From a bacterium (lineage in GTDB: Bacteria; Patescibacteriota; Minisyncoccia; Phycocordibacterales; Phycocordibacteraceae): a DNA stretch of 64,000 bases. Positions 59,471-64,000 of this stretch are shown piece after piece. Position 1 is the stretch's first letter, and each line of letters opens with the position of its first letter. The stretch is taken from assembly GCA_037200965.1 (NCBI GenBank), contig JBBCGK010000001.1, positions 224,001 to 288,000 on the forward strand, written 5' to 3'. Below the pieces are notes generated by a model. It was not told where the DNA came from. It was given only the letters and a program-made list of their open reading frames with translations, and searched no databases. Made by a program: the position numbers and the translations under genes.

Positions 59471-59609
59471 GGTTTTCCATCCTCAGACAGATAACTTGTC
59501 TCTATACTATACTACAAACCATGTGAATCTGTCAAAACAGTCCGGGTAGTGCGTCCGTGGCGACCGCCATCCACAAGACGCGGTTAGTCATCTCTGATAT
59601 CTTGTACTC

Positions 59610-60533
59610 ATGCACGACCTCATCATCATCGGCGGCGGACCCGCCGGAGTCTCCGCGGGAGTATACGCGGCGAGAAAGCAGCTCAAGACCGTGCTTGTGA
59701 CCGAAGAGATCGGCGGACAAAGCACCGTGTCGGAAGGCATCGAGAACTGGATCGGTACGGTGAAGATCCCGGGCGTGGAACTCGCGAAATCTTTCAAGAC
59801 GCATCTTGAAGCGTACAAGCGCGATCTCGTCGGGATAGTCGAGGGAGAACGGGTCGCCGGCCTCAAAAAGATCGAGGGAGGATTCGAATGTTCGACCAAG
59901 AACGGCGCATACCAGGCGCGCGCGGTCCTCATCGCCTCCGGCGCCGCGCGGAGAAAGCTTGATATTCCGGGGGCGGACAAGTTCGAGAACAAAGGCGTCA
60001 CGTACTGCGCGTCCTGCGACGGGCCGCTTTTTGCCGGAGCCGATGTGGCCGTCGTCGGGGGCGGAAACGCGGGCTTCGAGACCGCGGCGCAACTTCTCGC
60101 GTACGCGAAGTCCGTTACCCTTCTCCACCGCAGAAACGACTTCAAGGCCGACCCGGTCACGGTCGAGGCCGTCCTCAAACATCCGAACATGAAAGCCCTT
60201 ACGGGCGTCGAGCCGACGGAAGTCATGGGCGATAAGTTCGTCGCCGGGCTCAGATACCGGGACATCGCAAGCGGCGAAGAGAAAGAGCTCGCAGTCTCCG
60301 GCGTATTCGCCGAGATCGGCGTGATGCCGAACACGGATTTCGCGAAGGATGCGGTCACGCTTGATGAGGTCGGGCGCGTGAAGACCGACCCCAGGAATCA
60401 GCGCACGTCCGCCGAGGGTATCTGGGCCGCGGGAGACGTGACCGACGAGCTGTACCATCAGAACAACATCGCCGCGGGAGACGGCGTGAAGGCGCTCGAA
60501 GACATCTACGTCTGGCTCAAGACCCGCCGGTAA
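59610..60533 (+). CDS. trxB: thioredoxin-disulfide reductase
   Basis: FAD motif IIIGGGPAG, redox CASC (TYCASCDG), NADPH motif VVGGGNAG. Confidence 0.9.
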   Translation: MHDLIIIGGGPAGVSAGVYAARKQLKTVLVTEEIGGQSTVSEGIENWIGTVKIPGVELAKSFKTHLEAYKRDLVGIVEGERVAGLKKIEGGFECSTKNGAYQARAVLIASGAARRKLDIPGADKFENKGVTYCASCDGPLFAGADVAVVGGGNAGFETAAQLLAYAKSVTLLHRRNDFKADPVTVEAVLKHPNMKALTGVEPTEVMGDKFVAGLRYRDIASGEEKELAVSGVFAEIGVMPNTDFAKDAVTLDEVGRVKTDPRNQRTSAEGIWAAGDVTDELYHQNNIAAGDGVKALEDIYVWLKTRR

Positions 60534-60542
60534 ATCCTCTTT

Positions 60543-61049
60543 CTACAACACCCTTCTCGCCTTAAGTTCCTGGAACAATGTCACCGACCGCTCGAGCCCG
60601 GAAATCTTGAGGGCATCCACGTCCTGCGACGCGGTTAATCTCTTTATCGCGATATAGGCAAAATCCTGCGGTACGCGTTTCTCGAGCTTCTTCCCGACAA
60701 GCAGCGTCTTGACCTGGCTGTCGTCGCGATAGAACCTTCCCTTCAGGAGGTCGAGTACCGTCTTGCTCATATTGTCTATATCGCGCCGTCCGTATTCTTT
60801 CTCTCCCGCGAAATACTGGATGACGAAAATGAACACTTCGCCGTCGGTCGGGAACATCTCGTTTTTCACAAGCCGGGAGTCGAGCTCCGAACCTATGATC
60901 GTCTTGAAAACGCTCAGAGACTCTTTTTCCGCTTTTCGCATAGCCGCGTCAAACCCGCTCCGGTATGCTTCCTGCGTTGCGGGAATGATCTTGCCTATGC
61001 CAAAATCGAAATCTATGGAAGTGAGCGGAAGATTTTTCGGCATTTTCAC
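60543..61049 (-). CDS. RusA-like Holliday junction resolvase
   Basis: RRDIDNMSKTVLDLLKG...YRDDSQV matches RusA D-x-D-N-x2-K-x3-D...DD catalytic pattern. Confidence 0.5.
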   Translation of the reverse strand: MKMPKNLPLTSIDFDFGIGKIIPATQEAYRSGFDAAMRKAEKESLSVFKTIIGSELDSRLVKNEMFPTDGEVFIFVIQYFAGEKEYGRRDIDNMSKTVLDLLKGRFYRDDSQVKTLLVGKKLEKRVPQDFAYIAIKRLTASQDVDALKISGLERSVTLFQELKARRVL

Positions 61050-61337
61050 TTCTTCTTCGCCTTCGCAAAGAACCGGACACCCTCCTTCGTCTTCACTTTC
61101 TGTACGGCAGCAAACGCGACAGGCTTCCCTTGTTTGGTATAGAAATTAACCACGACCGGCTCCTGCCGGGTCTTGGTCGCGATAAAGAAAACCGGGATTT
61201 TAGCGGCAACTGCCATATATGCAGGAAAGTATATCACATGCGGCGAACTCGCGAACGCGATTCTTGCGGTACGGTACGAGCCGTCACGTTTCTTGACCGG
61301 ATGCAAGATATAGCGTACATTGTGCGTATTACGATCT

Positions 61338-62942
61338 ATGGATAGATTCGGCTTCTTCTCGAATATTCGAGCTTTCTTTTTGCGCGTCGCGCGCGGCCTT
61401 CGCGCGCTCTGGACGCGCTTCCGCTCCCTCAAGCTCTGGCAGCAGGGGGCGATCGTCCTTGCGATAGTAGTGCTGATATTCGCGGGGCTTAGGCTCACGC
61501 ACGGGGATGCGCCCGCAAGCGCATCCGACTCAGTCCGCACCGTGACGCTCGCGTCAGTCGCGGAACTTTCGGGCGGCGGAGACTCGAGAAGCATTATCGG
61601 CAGCGTGCGCTCGGTCACCGAAGCCGACGTGCTTTCGCAGGCCGGAGGCACGATACGGGCGGTGCACACGTCGGTCGGCGCGTCCGTTCCGGCGGGCTTC
61701 GTGATCGCCGAGATCGAAAACGCGAGCGAACGCGCAAGCGTTCTTTCGGCGGAAGGCGCGTATGACGCGGCGGTCGCCGGACGCTCCATCACCGCGCTCC
61801 AGGCCGGAAACTCAGCCACCTCGTTTGAGGAAGCGAAGACGAGCGCGCGCGATACCTATCGGAGCGCCTATACCACGGTCGACACCGTCCTTACGACCAA
61901 GGTAGACCTGTTCTTCGGCGCCCCAAGCGCCTATGGTCCGCGCCTTTTGATCAACAGCATGGATTTGCAGGCTCTCTCCCGCAGGCGCGCCACCATCGAC
62001 GACATGGCGGGGCTATGGAAAACGCACCTCGCGGCGGCGGACAATACCGATCCCGAAGCGCTCCTTTCGGAAACGGACCGGGTGACCGGGACGCTGTCGG
62101 AATTCCTCGCGGATCTTGCGAGTGCCGCAAACGAGCGCGACTCGGGCGCGACCGCAGATCAGCTCGCGGCGCTCGCTTCCGCGCGCGCGAACGTCGACGG
62201 GCTGCGCGCGGCGCTTTCCGCCGCGCGCGACGCATACCGCGCGAAAGCGACGGCGGCCCAGGTCGGCGCCGAACAGTCGGTCTCGACCGGCGCGCAGACC
62301 GCGAGTGCCGACGCGGGCGTGAAGCAGGCGCTCGGGGCGCTCCGGCTCGCGCAGGCGAATCTCGAGAAGACGATCATCCGCGCTCCGATAGGCGGAACCG
62401 TAAACTTCCTGCCGGTGCGGGTCGGCGACTACGTCACCGCCCTCACCCACGTCGCGACCGTGGCACAAAACGGTGCGCTCGAGATCGTCGCCTATGTCTC
62501 GGAAGACGACCGCGCGTCGCTTGCGGTCGGCAACTCCGTGACCGTCGAAGATTCCTATACGGGAACCGTCACTTCGATCTCCCCCGCCCTTGATCCCGTG
62601 ACCAAGCAGATCGAGGTGCATGTCGGCGTCACGGGCGGCGCGAAGCTCGTGAACGGCCAGTCGGTCCGCATCGGCTTCCCCGCGCTTGCAAAGCCCTCTC
62701 TAGAGAGCGCGAAGACCCTGTCGCTTCCGCTTGCGGCCGTGAAGCTGCGCACCGATTCCCGCGTCGTCTTCGGCGTCGGCGAAGACGGGCGGCTCATCGC
62801 GCACCAGGTCGAAATAGGCGCGGTTGCGGGAGACCGCATCGAGATAACGACGCCGCTTCCCGCGGATCTCAGGATCGTCACCGACGCGCGCGGGCTCTCC
62901 GAAGGCGAGAAGGTGAACGTCGCTGTAACCGGCGCGCCCTAA
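61338..62942 (+). CDS. efflux transporter periplasmic adaptor (membrane fusion protein, HlyD/AcrA family)
   Basis: TM anchor, long coiled-coil-like region, beta-barrel motif TIIRAPIGGTV..LPVRVGDYV. Confidence 0.7.
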   Translation: MDRFGFFSNIRAFFLRVARGLRALWTRFRSLKLWQQGAIVLAIVVLIFAGLRLTHGDAPASASDSVRTVTLASVAELSGGGDSRSIIGSVRSVTEADVLSQAGGTIRAVHTSVGASVPAGFVIAEIENASERASVLSAEGAYDAAVAGRSITALQAGNSATSFEEAKTSARDTYRSAYTTVDTVLTTKVDLFFGAPSAYGPRLLINSMDLQALSRRRATIDDMAGLWKTHLAAADNTDPEALLSETDRVTGTLSEFLADLASAANERDSGATADQLAALASARANVDGLRAALSAARDAYRAKATAAQVGAEQSVSTGAQTASADAGVKQALGALRLAQANLEKTIIRAPIGGTVNFLPVRVGDYVTALTHVATVAQNGALEIVAYVSEDDRASLAVGNSVTVEDSYTGTVTSISPALDPVTKQIEVHVGVTGGAKLVNGQSVRIGFPALAKPSLESAKTLSLPLAAVKLRTDSRVVFGVGEDGRLIAHQVEIGAVAGDRIEITTPLPADLRIVTDARGLSEGEKVNVAVTGAP

Positions 62943-62947
62943 CGCGC

Positions 62948-64000
62948 ATGACGGGATTCTGGAAATTCTTCCTGGATAAGCGGCAGTTCACGCTGCTCCT
63001 CATTTTCGTACTCATACTCGGCGGCATCTATGCCGCCGTCCGCATTCCGAAGGAATCGGCGCCGGAGGTCCAGATACCGGTCGGCATCGTGACTACCATT
63101 CTTCCCGGGGCCTCCGCCGAGGATACCGAACGGCTCGTGACCAACAAGATCGAGGACAGCGTGCTTGGCATCGAGCGCGTCTCCAAGGTCACTTCGACCT
63201 CGGGCGCCGGGCTCTCCTCGGTCACGGTCGAGTTCGACGCCTCCGCCGATATCGACAAGTCCATCCAGCTCCTCAAGGACGCGGTCGACAAGGCGAAGCC
63301 CGATCTTCCGGCCGAAGTCGAGGATCCGAGCGTCACGGACGTGAATTTCGCCGACCAGCCGATCCTGATCGCATCCGTCTCGGGCGACCTCGCGCCTGCC
63401 GAACTCACGACCCTTGGCGAGACGCTCAAGGACGAGCTTTCCCGCGTCTCCGGAGTTTCCCGCGTCGCGCTTTCGGGTACCAGGGCGCGCGAGGTGCAGG
63501 TCGTGGTCGAGCAGGCGAAGCTCCGGCAGTACGGCCTTTCGCTCTCCGATGTCACAAACGCGATCCGGGCGTCCGGCATCGCTTCCCCGATCGGCTCGAT
63601 CACGGTGCGGGGCGTCGAATACTCGGTGCGTCTTGAGGCCGGCATCACGGACACATCGGCGGTCGAGGGCGTCGCGTTTTCCGGTCCCGGCGGGACGCCG
63701 CTTCACGTGCGCGATGTCGCCCGCGTCGTCGATGGGCTCGAGAACCCCTCGACCTTTTCCCGCGTCTCAAGCGCCGGGAGTCCTTCCGCGCCCGCGCTCA
63801 CCGTTTCCGTCTTCAAGAGCCGCGGCGGCAATATTCTCGCGACCGGAAGCGCGGTGAAGGAGAAGCTCGCGGCGCTTGAGTCCTCGACGCTCTCAGGCAC
63901 CAAGACCGTGATCACGTACGACGCGGCGCACGACGTGCAGAAGGACCTTACCGAACTCACGCGTACCGGCATCGAGACCGTGATCCTCGTCATGCTCATG
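62948..64000 (+). CDS. RND-family efflux transporter (AcrB/HAE1-like), 5' partial - runs off window end
   Basis: N-terminal TM1 then large periplasmic loop with AcrB-like pattern (IYAAVRIPKESAPEVQIPV..., SRVSGVSRV..SG); no stop before window end. Confidence 0.8.
   Translation, partial: MTGFWKFFLDKRQFTLLLIFVLILGGIYAAVRIPKESAPEVQIPVGIVTTILPGASAEDTERLVTNKIEDSVLGIERVSKVTSTSGAGLSSVTVEFDASADIDKSIQLLKDAVDKAKPDLPAEVEDPSVTDVNFADQPILIASVSGDLAPAELTTLGETLKDELSRVSGVSRVALSGTRAREVQVVVEQAKLRQYGLSLSDVTNAIRASGIASPIGSITVRGVEYSVRLEAGITDTSAVEGVAFSGPGGTPLHVRDVARVVDGLENPSTFSRVSSAGSPSAPALTVSVFKSRGGNILATGSAVKEKLAALESSTLSGTKTVITYDAAHDVQKDLTELTRTGIETVILVMLM

Noticed and set aside
61046-61819. 257-aa minus-strand ORF
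   Set aside because: Most of it is antisense to the membrane-fusion-protein gene. Only the C-terminal about 56-95 codons (61046 to about 61330) look protein-like, and a start could not be fixed, so it is not listed as a feature.

Overview
This is a high-GC bacterial chromosomal window that mixes a housekeeping backbone with several accessory or mobile patches. The organism is not assignable from this window. Backbone operons I can read directly include corA-cysS-dnaB-recR, rplI, rpmA, parB, miaA, rpmG, clpB, infB-rbfA, gyrA, rpsA, pth, lepB, rpsU-ybeY-ftsA-ftsZ and trxB. DnaB and GyrA each carry a LAGLIDADG-type intein at the classical insertion sites. I also call six tRNAs (Leu-CAA, Trp, Cys, Leu-TAA, Lys-CTT, Leu-TAG). 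Accessory content is substantial. (1) A lower-GC island between tRNA-Trp and an IS3-family remnant carries a DGR-type reverse transcriptase (I/LGxxxSQ signature) split by a -1 frameshift inside an 18-nt poly-G tract. It starts back-to-back with an Avd-like four-helix-bundle gene. I could not find the TR/VR pair by eye. (2) A type IV pilus/secretion operon (GspE-like ATPase, GspF-like platform, pilin) has a zeta-toxin-like kinase cassette of lower GC inserted after the pilin, with a duplicated pilin 3' end bracketing it. (3) A tandem array of six paralogous small two-TM pilin-like genes (TrbC/VirB2-type), some fused to Cys-rich domains, plus a seventh fusion elsewhere. (4) A three-gene nucleoside/nucleotide-processing operon (deoxyribosyltransferase-like, DEDDh exonuclease, LOG-family), followed by two tandem paralogous mini-peptides and an Flp-type pilin. 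(5) A HicAB toxin-antitoxin pair. (6) A complete IS30-family element. (7) A tRNA cluster with a perfect 20-bp hairpin and a convergent tRNA-Lys. Many listed ORFs on the opposite strand of strongly supported genes are rejected as antisense artefacts. Coordinates of RNA genes and hairpins are good to about +/-2 nt because they were placed by hand.
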